Of a stretch of 53,657 nt of DNA, positions 32,601 through 41,743 are shown in pieces. Under the pieces are notes generated by a model. The model saw only the letters and a program-made list of their open reading frames with translations. It was not told the origin of the DNA and searched no databases. The DNA is from a virus (Duplodnaviria; Caudoviricetes). The stretch lies in the IMG/VR virus record IMGVR_UViG_3300042922_000451, positions 1 to 53,657 of that record. One strand, written 5' to 3'. The first letter of the stretch is position 1. Every line of letters begins with the position of its first letter. The translations under genes were made by a program, and so were the position numbers.

Positions 32601-35262
32601 CATCTACTCGTTCTGAGAAGGAATCAAGACCTGATAAATCAACATCACCAAACGACGCAAATGTAGATATTATAATTCCAATAGAATCTTTTACAGCATC
32701 GGCTATAGGTTTCATGAAACTTCCTAGTTTTTCTATAATAACATTAAACGCATCCGTCTTCTTTATAGCCTCATCTATTGATACAAAGAAATCACCGACG
32801 GAACCTGTTACGGAAAGAAGTCCATCACCAACTGGAAGTAAATATCCAATTAAATCGCTTATACCTCCAACTATTGCAAATAGCGCCTCTTTACCTATGT
32901 CAATAATAGCAAATAAACCTTTAAAAGTACGTTTTAGATTATCTGCAGTAGTTTCCCCTATTTTGAAGTTTGAAGTAAGACTTTGTATCGCTTTCGATAT
33001 ATCAACAAGTTGTTGTCCGGTTGTAGCAGGAAATACTTCTCTGAATGCTTCGCCTATAGGTTTTAATATGGATTGTAGTCCAATGAAGGCATTTGAAAGT
33101 GATTCTATTATTGCAGTACGACCACCATTAGCACTCCAAAAAGCAAGCATTTCATTTCTAGCATCCGATGATGAACCTACTATTGACTCAAAGCCATCGT
33201 TAATTGTTGTGAATAATTTGGTAGCCTCGTCCTTATTACCTATTATGTATTCCCAAGTTTTAGCCCATCCGGATTGAACCGACTCTTTCATTGTATCAAG
33301 TAATTGAGTTAAAGTTTTAACTTCAGTAGCTGCTTTAATCAAAGATTCGTCTTCAGCAAATTTGGATAGAGTCTTGGTTAGTACTTCAGTTGTTATCCAA
33401 CCTTTTTCTAATGATTCCCTAAATGATACTGACATATCACGTCCGTGACCTAATTCCTCAGCTGTCTTTTCTAAAGCTCTCTGGAATAATTGACCGCCCA
33501 TGCCAGCATTTACTACTGAATTCCAATCTTGAAGTTTAACAGAACCTGCCGCTAAAGCTTGAGATAACTGATACATCGCGGTCGATGCTTGTTGAGTGGT
33601 TGAACCTGAACCTGCAGCAAGATTAGCAATACCTTTAATTGAAGTTACAGATGTGTCTAAGTCTACTCCAGCGGCTGTAAAAGTTCCAATATTTTTAGCC
33701 ATATCTGCAAAGTTATAAATGGTTTTATCAGAATATTTATTAAGTTCATCTAAAGCTTTAGTAACATCTTCTAAATTAGAACCCTTAGTCAATTCTCCGG
33801 AATCGGACGCAACTTGTGCTTGGGCACTTCTTTGAGCTTCTATACCCTTCAAAGCTGCTGAATTACGTTTATTAATGGCGTCAATTTCATTATCTTGTTG
33901 TTCCTTAAGAATATCTTTTTGTAATGTTTGACGCTCTTTAATAAAGTCTACTTCTTCTTGATGTGTCTTGTTTAGAGCTTTAGTCTTTTCATCTTGCTCT
34001 TCTTTCAGCATATCTTTTTGTAATGTCTGTCTTTCTTTTAAGAGATCTTTTTCTTCTTGATATGTATTTTTTAAAGCGTCTTTCTTTTCATCTTGCTCTT
34101 CTTTTAATTTATCGGAAGACAGTTTATAAAGCTCATTTTCAGTGTCTTTATTCTGAATATATTCAGTTTTTATTTGTTCTTTCTTTAGGTCATATTCTTC
34201 TTTTATACTATCTTTACTAGTTTTAAGATTATCAATTTGGTCCTGACGTTCTTTTAAAAGTTGCTTACGGCGAAGACTTTCTTGATACTCTGAAAGCTCT
34301 TTAGATGCAGCAAGTCTATCTTCGCTAGTGGTAGCCGAATTGACTTTATTTTGTAAATCAGCGAGTTTCGCTTGTTGTTTTTGTAATTCTAATGCTTCCT
34401 CTTCGGATTTGGTTAAACCATTAATAGATTTTATCTCATCGTCTATGGCTTTTATTTTATTATATCGTTCTTCATCTATAGCTTTGAGTTTACTCATATA
34501 CTCTTCTTCATATAAATCTAATTTGTATTGATGAGCATCACTGAGTGCTTTATTTTCATCAGTGATTGATTTTTCTAAAGCTTTAGATTGTTCTTCGTAT
34601 TTGTTATCAAGAATTTTACTTTCCTCATCAGCAATCTTTTGATATTCTTTAAGATTTTGAGCTTGTGTTTTTCTCAATGCATCTGATTCATCTTCTTGAC
34701 GCTCTTTGACCGCATCAAGTTCATTATCAGCAAGTTTTTGAACTTCTTTTAATTTTTGTTCATTAGTTTTTCTTAAATCTTTTAATGACTCTTCATTAGC
34801 CTCTTTCATTGATTCCATTGCGGAGGCATTTGATTCTCTAGTGGATGCTATTGCCCCCTGAGTAACCTTTTTTTGACCACCCTGAGTATTGGTTAAGATA
34901 GTTTGAATAGCTCCCATCTTAGTTTCATACTCTCTAAATCCCATTTTGATAGGATCTATTGTTAACGAGGACACTAACTGTTTACCAGTATTTATAACTG
35001 AATTAGTTAGATTTTGTAATGCTGTTATAGCTATAATACTAAAAGCAGAGAACTTAGTTGTTATCTTTTCAACACTTTCAGATATATTAGACAATGAAAA
35101 TGATCTACCTGCTCGCTCCAAATCGGATAATCCTCTAGAAGCTCCTTCTAAATTCAAACCTTTCTTTAACTCGTCAAGTGAATTAATACTTGTTTGTATT
35201 CCAGTTTCAAATTGTTTATTGTCAAATTTCATTTGTACAATACGTTCGTCGACTGTGCTCAT
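29656..35262 (-). CDS. Tape measure protein (~1868 aa)
   Basis: VDERIVQMKFDN start, AMYQLSQALAAG.V..QDWNSV tape-measure motif, long Ala/Gly/Leu-rich repeats. Confidence 0.95.
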   Translation of the reverse strand: MSTVDERIVQMKFDNKQFETGIQTSINSLDELKKGLNLEGASRGLSDLERAGRSFSLSNISESVEKITTKFSAFSIIAITALQNLTNSVINTGKQLVSSLTIDPIKMGFREYETKMGAIQTILTNTQGGQKKVTQGAIASTRESNASAMESMKEANEESLKDLRKTNEQKLKEVQKLADNELDAVKERQEDESDALRKTQAQNLKEYQKIADEESKILDNKYEEQSKALEKSITDENKALSDAHQYKLDLYEEEYMSKLKAIDEERYNKIKAIDDEIKSINGLTKSEEEALELQKQQAKLADLQNKVNSATTSEDRLAASKELSEYQESLRRKQLLKERQDQIDNLKTSKDSIKEEYDLKKEQIKTEYIQNKDTENELYKLSSDKLKEEQDEKKDALKNTYQEEKDLLKERQTLQKDMLKEEQDEKTKALNKTHQEEVDFIKERQTLQKDILKEQQDNEIDAINKRNSAALKGIEAQRSAQAQVASDSGELTKGSNLEDVTKALDELNKYSDKTIYNFADMAKNIGTFTAAGVDLDTSVTSIKGIANLAAGSGSTTQQASTAMYQLSQALAAGSVKLQDWNSVVNAGMGGQLFQRALEKTAEELGHGRDMSVSFRESLEKGWITTEVLTKTLSKFAEDESLIKAATEVKTLTQLLDTMKESVQSGWAKTWEYIIGNKDEATKLFTTINDGFESIVGSSSDARNEMLAFWSANGGRTAIIESLSNAFIGLQSILKPIGEAFREVFPATTGQQLVDISKAIQSLTSNFKIGETTADNLKRTFKGLFAIIDIGKEALFAIVGGISDLIGYLLPVGDGLLSVTGSVGDFFVSIDEAIKKTDAFNVIIEKLGSFMKPIADAVKDSIGIIISTFASFGDVDLSGLDSFSERVDARFKPFTKMGEFIQNVFSKIADVLTELSPIFLKLADLIGGAFDKLRTNIMNALDNAEFNSIFDIVNGGLFAGILFGIREFVKSLGNVADGAGGFLNGIKGILDGVKGSLEAYQSSLKAGTLLKIASAIAILVAALVALSLIDSDKLTLALTAMTTMFVELFGSMAVFEKIMGSSGFKSMGKITRAMITLSAAILILSIAMKNLAELDWNGIAKGLVSVTVLSGVLIGTAKLLSANSGSLIKGSLGFVIFAAAINVLADAVGKLGALDTDDLIKGLVGVGVLAAELALFTKIADLDGIGVLKGIGLLALAGAISILADAVGKFAALDTGAMIQGLIGMGIVLTEIGVFITLTGDSKRVISTAVGLTILGAAMLIFAEAIGKMGQMSLAQIGKGLLAMAIALTEIAIAMKFMPKNMLVTGSALVIVASALVILSEALSKMGGMTWDEVAKGLVTLAGSLTIIAVAMSAMTGALPGAAALLIISAALAILAPVLVTLGSMSLSEIVKGLIALAGAFAVIGLAGLILGPITPIILGIAAAVALFGIGCLAVGAGMIAFAAGITALAAAATLGSAGIVLAITAILSLIPFVFKTLGDGIVEFVKAIGNGAAEIVGAIAKILVAILDKIIELTPKIVDAVIAIVNGFLKAIIEITPNIIEAAYVLLSSLLKEIVKFVPELVDAGMKIIIAFLKGIADNIGEVVKTAVDIVVNFLEAIGNEYPRIVDAGFKMVINLINGIADSIRENTPLVNDAIANLIDAMIDGFKDTIKSFFDIGGNIMKGLADGIKSTAGKVAESTKGVIDNVIDGAKSILDIHSPSKVFEWMGMNTDIGLANGMTKFSGLVTDASEGVGYNAINSLSNAMKNISDIVSGNMDMNPTIRPVLDLEDVTSGVGAMNSLFNSNRSISVDNANGKASIIASQFASGVNGISNNSSNSGSSNGNVNEILKGLNITVVSELDGRQIAKATAPAMSEELYNINRRKSLIGG

Positions 35263-35636
35263 AGTTTTGTTACCTCCCTCCATAATTCATTTGCTATTTT
35301 ATCAAATATGGGTTGGAGTGCTGGGTTTATATAATCTTTTCCTGAAACATACCCTCCATTTCTTGAAACATGCCCATATTGTATAATTATGGCTATAGGA
35401 ACTCCATTTACTATATTAGAGTTAGTCCATGTTATGGATGCCCCCCCTTTAGTAAAATTTATTTTATACCCCCAAGAATTCGCAGTCTTTCCGGAGTCCA
35501 TAGGTGTTGCGGAGCGTAATGCTGATACTCCTTCTTGACCATATCTATCTAATATACGTACGTAATCGGAGCTAGCAATATTTTTAAAGAATTTATCAGT
35601 CTTATCAAAATTACCTTTTTGACTTATAGATATCAT
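35259..35636 (-). CDS. HK97 gp10-like neck/tail completion protein
   Basis: ATPMDSGKTANSW, IQYGH, DYINPAL. Confidence 0.75.
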   Translation of the reverse strand: MISISQKGNFDKTDKFFKNIASSDYVRILDRYGQEGVSALRSATPMDSGKTANSWGYKINFTKGGASITWTNSNIVNGVPIAIIIQYGHVSRNGGYVSGKDYINPALQPIFDKIANELWREVTKL

Positions 35637-35640
35637 TTAA

Positions 35641-36180
35641 TCACCCCTTAGTACGTAATTCTTTTTTACGTGCAGCGTTTAAAGCAGCATTTCTGCTCAT
35701 AGTTTCTTTTTTACCAATAGGTTTGGATGGGGAATTCTTAATATTACATACATTAATCAATGTTAATAATCTATTAAGATGCCACTTTTGGCAATCGAAC
35801 GGTATATTTAAAGCTATCATCCAATAATAAATGATTTCAGCTGTTATTGTCTCTTTATTAATCGTTTTTTTTTGATTTGAAAACGTAGTTGCAGTCATTT
35901 CATGTTCGATATATTTTTTAACTTGATTTATATTATCATTAGTTATATATTCATATACTTCATCGTCAATGTTTTGAGTTATAGTCATGCATTTAATATA
36001 GTCAATTGTTTCTTTTACTGATTTATCTTCTTTTTTAAGAAATGGTTTTTGCCACTTCGACTCCCATTTTGAAAGGGAGACTAGTGAATGTTCCAAACAT
36101 AATGTATGTTCTTTTGTTGATTTAAATTCATTGGTTTTTTCATCAAATAATTCTATAGATGGTATTACAATTTTTAACAT
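35641..36180 (-). CDS. Putative tail assembly chaperone
   Basis: Position; EHSLVSLSKWESKW, WHLNRLLTLI. Confidence 0.6.
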   Translation of the reverse strand: MLKIVIPSIELFDEKTNEFKSTKEHTLCLEHSLVSLSKWESKWQKPFLKKEDKSVKETIDYIKCMTITQNIDDEVYEYITNDNINQVKKYIEHEMTATTFSNQKKTINKETITAEIIYYWMIALNIPFDCQKWHLNRLLTLINVCNIKNSPSKPIGKKETMSRNAALNAARKKELRTKG

Positions 36181-36200
36181 TTCACTAACCTCCTTTTATA

Positions 36201-36566
36201 TTATTTATCCATTTGTGGTAAAATACCATTAACGAAAGCTACTGCCATATCAGCTTTAGTAGCCAGTTCCATAAACAACTCACTATAAGCTTCTGTTTGC
36301 ATGAATGCCTCACTAAGTTCTTTAGATTTAATGAATCTTTTACCATCCAATGATTTTTCGCCATATGATTTAGAAATAAGATCTTCAAAAGTTTCTATAA
36401 TCCTTTTTGAATCTTTTGTGTCTACGATTTTTTGTAAACTAACCCCTAATCCACCATTCGTAGACAGCTCCATTTTAGTTACTTCAGCCTTTGTGAGATT
36501 GAAGTAAAAATCCTCAGTTATTTCATTTCCATCAAAATCCGTATAAGTAATTTTTTTTCTTAACAT
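36201..36566 (-). CDS. Putative tail assembly chaperone
   Basis: ITYTDFDG..EDFYFNLTKAE; lies between major tail and tape measure genes. Confidence 0.65.
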   Translation of the reverse strand: MLRKKITYTDFDGNEITEDFYFNLTKAEVTKMELSTNGGLGVSLQKIVDTKDSKRIIETFEDLISKSYGEKSLDGKRFIKSKELSEAFMQTEAYSELFMELATKADMAVAFVNGILPQMDK

Positions 36567-36596
36567 AGTTAGTTATCTCCTTTCAATATTTACAGT

Positions 36597-37064
36597 TTAT
36601 TCTAAAATTATCCAGTCTTCAGCTAAACAGTCATTTATAGACGGAACCCACATTGAATGTGATCCATTAACCATTTTTATTTGCAAATAAGGTTCACATC
36701 TAAATAAATCCCCTCGATTAAGCCCCCATGCTATAGCAGTTTGTTCATTGCAAGGTATGCCATTAGGATAGGCTTTTTGGTAAACCACAAACATATTTTT
36801 ACCATTCCATCCTTTTCGAGCAACTTTGAATCCTTTTTTCAAAGCTTCTAAAGCTAATCCAAATGTAAGGTCATCAATTCTTTTACATGAATCAATAAAA
36901 TTAGATTTCGGACACCATGACACATATCCATCAGAATATCTAACCAACATTCCTTCATCATCTGGATTTTCATTTTTAGTAATAGTCGATCCTTTAAATT
37001 TATGATATTCGCCTCTTGACATTGGTCTAGCTTCTACCACTTTTATGCTTAAATATTTTTCCAT
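36597..37064 (-). CDS. DUF2829/Tad2-like anti-defence sponge candidate with an extra N-terminal domain
   Basis: FGLALEALKKGFKVARKGWNGKNMFV...WVPSINDCLAEDW; N-terminal VRYSDGYVSWCPK domain; start at MEKYL after GAAAGGAG. Confidence 0.8.
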   Translation of the reverse strand: MEKYLSIKVVEARPMSRGEYHKFKGSTITKNENPDDEGMLVRYSDGYVSWCPKSNFIDSCKRIDDLTFGLALEALKKGFKVARKGWNGKNMFVVYQKAYPNGIPCNEQTAIAWGLNRGDLFRCEPYLQIKMVNGSHSMWVPSINDCLAEDWIILE

Positions 37065-37131
37065 TTTGAACTCCTTTCTATAATAAAAATAAGGAGGCCC
37101 TGTTTTCCAGAGCACTCCCCTAAGAGGGCAA

Positions 37132-38088
37132 TTAAGCAGTTGTGAATTTCTTGATTACAGGGGTAAGGGTTTGTGAATAGATATCAGCAACGCCAACGAG
37201 AGCTACGAGATAAGTAGTAGCTGCAGTTAAGTTTGCAGTCGGATCTATAGTAAGTATCTTACCAGTGGCATCCCAAGTCTTTGAAGCTGGTATAATAACT
37301 CCAGCAGCAGAAGATACTATGATTGATTCTTCAAGTATCTTGTTATTAAATGTTATAACAATATTAGCACCAACGGCAATTGCTGTAGCGGCATCAGCTG
37401 GAACTATAGTTGACATAGCTAAAGCCGTAGGAGCTGCAGTTGCAAATATAGAAGCTATTTCATCAGGCAATGGTAAACGAGGTTCAACACCAGTATTACC
37501 ATAGAGAATTAATTCAAGAGCCGCTAATTTAGCAGAATCAACTTTTGTTGAGTCTATGGTTATTGATGCTGTTGGTTTCTTATTAGTAACCTCAACAGGA
37601 GTTGTTTCTATTTCCCATGAGAAAGTTATAGCTTCTGGAGAATCATTTATAGTGCTATATGCTTTCTCCGAAGGAGCTGCAGTTGCACCATATATTAAAT
37701 GAAGTTTATATCCGTAATCTATATTTTCAACATCATTACCAATAGCGGTTCTGTAAGCTAAACCAAAAGTTTTCCTTGACTGTTGTCCTATTCTAACTCC
37801 AGTTGATAATTCAGCGCTACCATCGCAATCTGCGAATTCCTCTGGATATGTGTAGGCCTCTATTGTAGCTCCAAATTCTTCAGTCGATCTTATATTTACA
37901 TATTTGATATCATCAGCATACAATGGCGAACTTTCGGCACCAGTCGGACTTTCGGTTACAGCTGTTAACCCATTCCATGCAATACCTAATGGGTATATAC
38001 CACTCCCATTTTGAGGATATAGTACTCCCATTTTAACGCCAGTCTCATAAACTCGTTCCCCAATTTTGTCCCAAATTAATTTTGACAT
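37132..38088 (-). CDS. Major tail protein with C-terminal Ig-like domain
   Basis: YETGV..GVLY, WNGLTAVTESP, YADDIKY; C-terminal P.D.AT..I.ITFN..LTIDP..L...TTY. Confidence 0.9.
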   Translation of the reverse strand: MSKLIWDKIGERVYETGVKMGVLYPQNGSGIYPLGIAWNGLTAVTESPTGAESSPLYADDIKYVNIRSTEEFGATIEAYTYPEEFADCDGSAELSTGVRIGQQSRKTFGLAYRTAIGNDVENIDYGYKLHLIYGATAAPSEKAYSTINDSPEAITFSWEIETTPVEVTNKKPTASITIDSTKVDSAKLAALELILYGNTGVEPRLPLPDEIASIFATAAPTALAMSTIVPADAATAIAVGANIVITFNNKILEESIIVSSAAGVIIPASKTWDATGKILTIDPTANLTAATTYLVALVGVADIYSQTLTPVIKKFTTA

Positions 38089-38102
38089 TATGTTTCCTCC
38101 CT

Positions 38103-38408
38103 TTAATAGAATATAGTATAGACATTATAATTTAAATTATCTTTTGTATAATGTCTATTAAATTTACACATTTGCAATGACTCTACTTTTTCCAAAATCT
38201 GACTGTCTGGATCATTATCAATCACCTGCAGTTGATAACCAATGCGCTTGTTATAAATAGAATCATCAGCATATTTTACATCATCTGATATCCTAGAATA
38301 AATTATACATGGGTATTGGATTTTAAAATTTTCTGGAGGCTGAAAATATACAGCATTCGGCATGATTAAATTTTTTAAAAGTTCATGAAATTCAAGTCGT
38401 TTTGCCAT
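38103..38408 (-). CDS. Putative tail terminator
   Basis: VYFQPP..YPCIIY; directly before the major tail gene. Confidence 0.7.
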   Translation of the reverse strand: MAKRLEFHELLKNLIMPNAVYFQPPENFKIQYPCIIYSRISDDVKYADDSIYNKRIGYQLQVIDNDPDSQILEKVESLQMCKFNRHYTKDNLNYNVYTIFY

Positions 38409-38715
38409 TATATATACCTCCAATTGATAAAATTAGACGGGGTCGTTGAACATCAACCTTAGTGATTTTCCACAATGCCCCCATCCATTTTATGTATTTC
38501 ATACTATAAAAATTTTCATAGGCAAATGGGTCGGCTACAATACTAAATTCATTGTTCAATGTCAAATCATCGTTTAAGTTATCCCCAGTTTGCCAACGTC
38601 TTGATAATCTAATAACATCTCCATAATAATTTCGCTCAGTTACTTCTTCAGTCCATACACCAGGAGATGTTTCAACAGTTTTAGAGTAGCCTATTGTCCC
38701 ATAAAATCTTGCCAT
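38392..38715 (-). CDS. Putative head-tail adaptor/stopper
   Basis: Follows capsid; PGVW.E..TER.YYGD, W.G..WK. Confidence 0.7.
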   Translation of the reverse strand: MARFYGTIGYSKTVETSPGVWTEEVTERNYYGDVIRLSRRWQTGDNLNDDLTLNNEFSIVADPFAYENFYSMKYIKWMGALWKITKVDVQRPRLILSIGGIYNGKTT

Positions 38716-38734
38716 TTTGATTTTCTCCTAACTA

Positions 38735-40486
38735 CTAACCTGCAGCAACTTCTTTGGATTCTATAACAAGAGCTGAGTATGGTTTTGTTAAAGCACCACT
38801 TGCACGCGTTTCAATAAGATACTTTTGAGCATTATAATCTATATCGAAATCGTCAAACATATTAACTGCTCCACCTTTGTCTGCACCAACATTATAATCG
38901 TCAAGATTTACAACTATTCCATGAAGAGTTAATGTATCACTTCCAACTACCCTAGTCTTATTTTCCATAACAGCAACAGTTATTATTTCTCTAACTCTAA
39001 GAGTTGTAGCTAACTTAGTAACTGAATCATATATAATACGACCAGTTGTATCTTCTAGAAGTAAACAATCTGTTAGCATATCTTCAGTGATAAATAATAC
39101 AGGATCGCCTGAACCTTTATAGTTCTTTCTAGATTTAATTGTAGCACGAATAAATGCTTTTGCTCTTTGATCAGCAGTGGAGTCCGCAGTTACATCAAAA
39201 GTAGCTTTAACTGAATATAGAGCCTCATCTTTCCATATAGGTCTTATGCTATCTTCTTTGATCTTTTCATCAGATGAAGATAAACGTCCGTCACCTATAA
39301 GGAAAGCCCTAGCAAGTTCCTCATCAAGCATCATTCTCATTTCAGACTTTAACCAAGCAACAACATCGAAATCAGTAATATCAATAACATCATCTCTATC
39401 TAACTTCTGCTTCTTATACACAGTAGTTGGGGATGTAGTTCTCTTCAATAATGAGAACACTTCATCTTTTTTAACATCACCTTTTATATAACCTTTAGCT
39501 CTAGCATCTTCTTCAGTAATATCGGCTAATACGGATTTGATTCTAGAGAAAGGAGTATGATGAACAGCTCCCATAACTTTTTGAACCCAACCAGTGTCTC
39601 TCTTTACAAATTGTGGGGTTCCATCAATAGCAGTTGCTTCCGGGAATAAGTAATCAATATTGGTTATACCATGAGCTAAGGCACTATCCTTTAAACTTCC
39701 ATAACGTTTAGCATCTGCAAAGACCGCAGCTACATCTGCATGACTAATAGTATCTTTTGAGTTTGTTTCCTTGTCGAAAATATTCTTTTTCATTTTGTAT
39801 CCTCCCTTATTTGAGTGCTCTATATTTTCTTTTTTATTGTCAGTTTCTTCCGGATTTTCTTTCTTTTTGATATCTTCTTCCGGATTTTCTGGTTCTTCAC
39901 TTCCAAGAGCATGAGCTATCATTGCATAGCATACATTTTTTTGCTCTTCATTCATAGTATCGAATACATCTTTCATTGTTTTGTCATTATCATTTTTATC
40001 TGCATGTTCTATATCAGTTAAAGAAATATCTTCATCTGTATATATGATAGCCTCAGTATCATCAGTAGTATAAGTACCATCACCATGCTTGAAACTTAGA
40101 TTATCGATAAACGCTCCAGGATTAGCTCCGGCTAATACCAAACTCACCTCCTTAATATCTCCATGGATTACATCATTAACTTTTTGCTGCAATTGATTTG
40201 CGAAAATGGATAATCTATTGATATCTCCATGTTCAACTAATTCTTTAGCATTCTTTCCTGCATCTGTATTATTAAAAGTACAATATGCATATACTCCATC
40301 TGGTCTATTTTCCAGAAGAGCATGTCCAAGAATATTTGCAGGGTCATTGTGTATATGTTGCCATACCAATGGGACAGTTTGTCCGTCATTGTGTTTAAAT
40401 GCATCTTTACGGATTATTCTTCCATCAGAGCATTTAAGGTCTGCTTTAGTAGCATAGCCACTAAAATCAAATTTCTTTTTTGTCAT
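38735..40486 (-). CDS. Prohead protease / major capsid protein fusion
   Basis: HK97-type protease motifs PLVWQH, LGHALL, EVSLVLAGANPGA; acidic linker; capsid-like C-terminal domain. Confidence 0.9.
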   Translation of the reverse strand: MTKKKFDFSGYATKADLKCSDGRIIRKDAFKHNDGQTVPLVWQHIHNDPANILGHALLENRPDGVYAYCTFNNTDAGKNAKELVEHGDINRLSIFANQLQQKVNDVIHGDIKEVSLVLAGANPGAFIDNLSFKHGDGTYTTDDTEAIIYTDEDISLTDIEHADKNDNDKTMKDVFDTMNEEQKNVCYAMIAHALGSEEPENPEEDIKKKENPEETDNKKENIEHSNKGGYKMKKNIFDKETNSKDTISHADVAAVFADAKRYGSLKDSALAHGITNIDYLFPEATAIDGTPQFVKRDTGWVQKVMGAVHHTPFSRIKSVLADITEEDARAKGYIKGDVKKDEVFSLLKRTTSPTTVYKKQKLDRDDVIDITDFDVVAWLKSEMRMMLDEELARAFLIGDGRLSSSDEKIKEDSIRPIWKDEALYSVKATFDVTADSTADQRAKAFIRATIKSRKNYKGSGDPVLFITEDMLTDCLLLEDTTGRIIYDSVTKLATTLRVREIITVAVMENKTRVVGSDTLTLHGIVVNLDDYNVGADKGGAVNMFDDFDIDYNAQKYLIETRASGALTKPYSALVIESKEVAAG

Positions 40487-41729
40487 TTTGATTATCTCCC
40501 TTCGATTTTTCATCAGGCTCGGTCGGAGTATTCTCCGAAGTCTTAGCATTTGTCGGATTTAAATTCTTGTTTCTTAATTCATCAGCACGTGGATCTTTTG
40601 ATGGACTATAACCAATAACTCCTCTAAACTCATTGGAAGTAAGAATTTCATTTCTTGTTAATTTATCGGCTATTTCTGCTAATTCGCTGACTGGTACCAA
40701 TTTAAATGGATCTTTAAAATATTCTATAGACTGCTTTTGTGTTCTAGCAGTTTTAGTTAGGAATTTTCTTTTCATCTCATCAACTATGGCTGAAACAAAA
40801 GGTTCTACGGACCGAGTATAGTAATTAAGCATTGTCTTCTCATCAGCAGTTCCATCTAATATACTTTGTGTGATTCCTAACTGGCTATATAGCATACTCG
40901 TTAGAAACTGTATTTGACCCATTAGATTATTTTCCACTGGACGATTCAACTGTGTAACTTTTTCAGTACCATCGGTATATGCAATTCCATATCTAGAACC
41001 AGCCAATTGATCTTCTATGTCTTTTCTACGTTGTTCAGCTTGTAGTTTTTTAGCCTCGGTTTTTATAACATAAGGTAGTTGAATTATCATGTCCAATTTA
41101 CCAGATCCACTTTGTTGATCAATGCTATCCAATAAGTTTAGCTTTGAAATTAATCTTTGCATTGTGGAATTTGGTTCATTAATAACTAAATATAAAGGAT
41201 TTTCTATAATTCCAACCATTTTCTTTGGTAAGTCAATATCTTCTTGTATTCCTGTTCGTTCATTATAAACTCTAACTTTAACATATTCAGGATACCAAGC
41301 TACTATCTTGCCTGTTCTCATATTCAAAATATCAAAAGAACCTACTACTTTCGGATCAAGGGATGTTTCAACTGGGACTATAGCTACACAACCTTCATCT
41401 AACATAGATATAACTACATCTTGTATAAATGATCTCCCAGTTTGATCTATATTGGATTCTAAGTTTAAACAATTATTTAAACCTGAATCAATTGTCGATA
41501 TAAAACTATCGTTATCATCTAATCGAACATGTTTTATCGATATGGCTGATACATCCATAGCTATTCGGTTATATATGGGTGTTATTATAGATCGATCATT
41601 ACCACGAGTTAATCTAGGTCGATCTGGTCGATACGAATATCCCATTCCTCGATCCTTATAAGGTGTTGGATCTTTGTTTAGGAATGCGTTCCATGCGTGT
41701 TGTAATCTATCTTTAAAACGTATATCCAC
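40467..41729 (-). CDS. Portal protein
   Basis: Upstream of the protease-capsid gene; LN.E.N..QT, ILTSNEFR..IG..P. Confidence 0.9.
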   Translation of the reverse strand: MDIRFKDRLQHAWNAFLNKDPTPYKDRGMGYSYRPDRPRLTRGNDRSIITPIYNRIAMDVSAISIKHVRLDDNDSFISTIDSGLNNCLNLESNIDQTGRSFIQDVVISMLDEGCVAIVPVETSLDPKVVGSFDILNMRTGKIVAWYPEYVKVRVYNERTGIQEDIDLPKKMVGIIENPLYLVINEPNSTMQRLISKLNLLDSIDQQSGSGKLDMIIQLPYVIKTEAKKLQAEQRRKDIEDQLAGSRYGIAYTDGTEKVTQLNRPVENNLMGQIQFLTSMLYSQLGITQSILDGTADEKTMLNYYTRSVEPFVSAIVDEMKRKFLTKTARTQKQSIEYFKDPFKLVPVSELAEIADKLTRNEILTSNEFRGVIGYSPSKDPRADELRNKNLNPTNAKTSENTPTEPDEKSKGDNQNDKKEI

Positions 41730-41743
41730 TTTTTCACTCCTTT

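Noticed and set aside
29690-33277. Long plus-strand ORFs (583, 176 and 279 aa)
   Set aside because: Antisense shadows of the Ala/Ile/Gly-rich tape measure gene; no motifs and no RBS seen
35641-36566. Programmed frameshift between the tail chaperone genes
   Set aside because: The genes do not overlap, the second has its own AAGGAGG RBS, and I saw no slippery site at the end of the first
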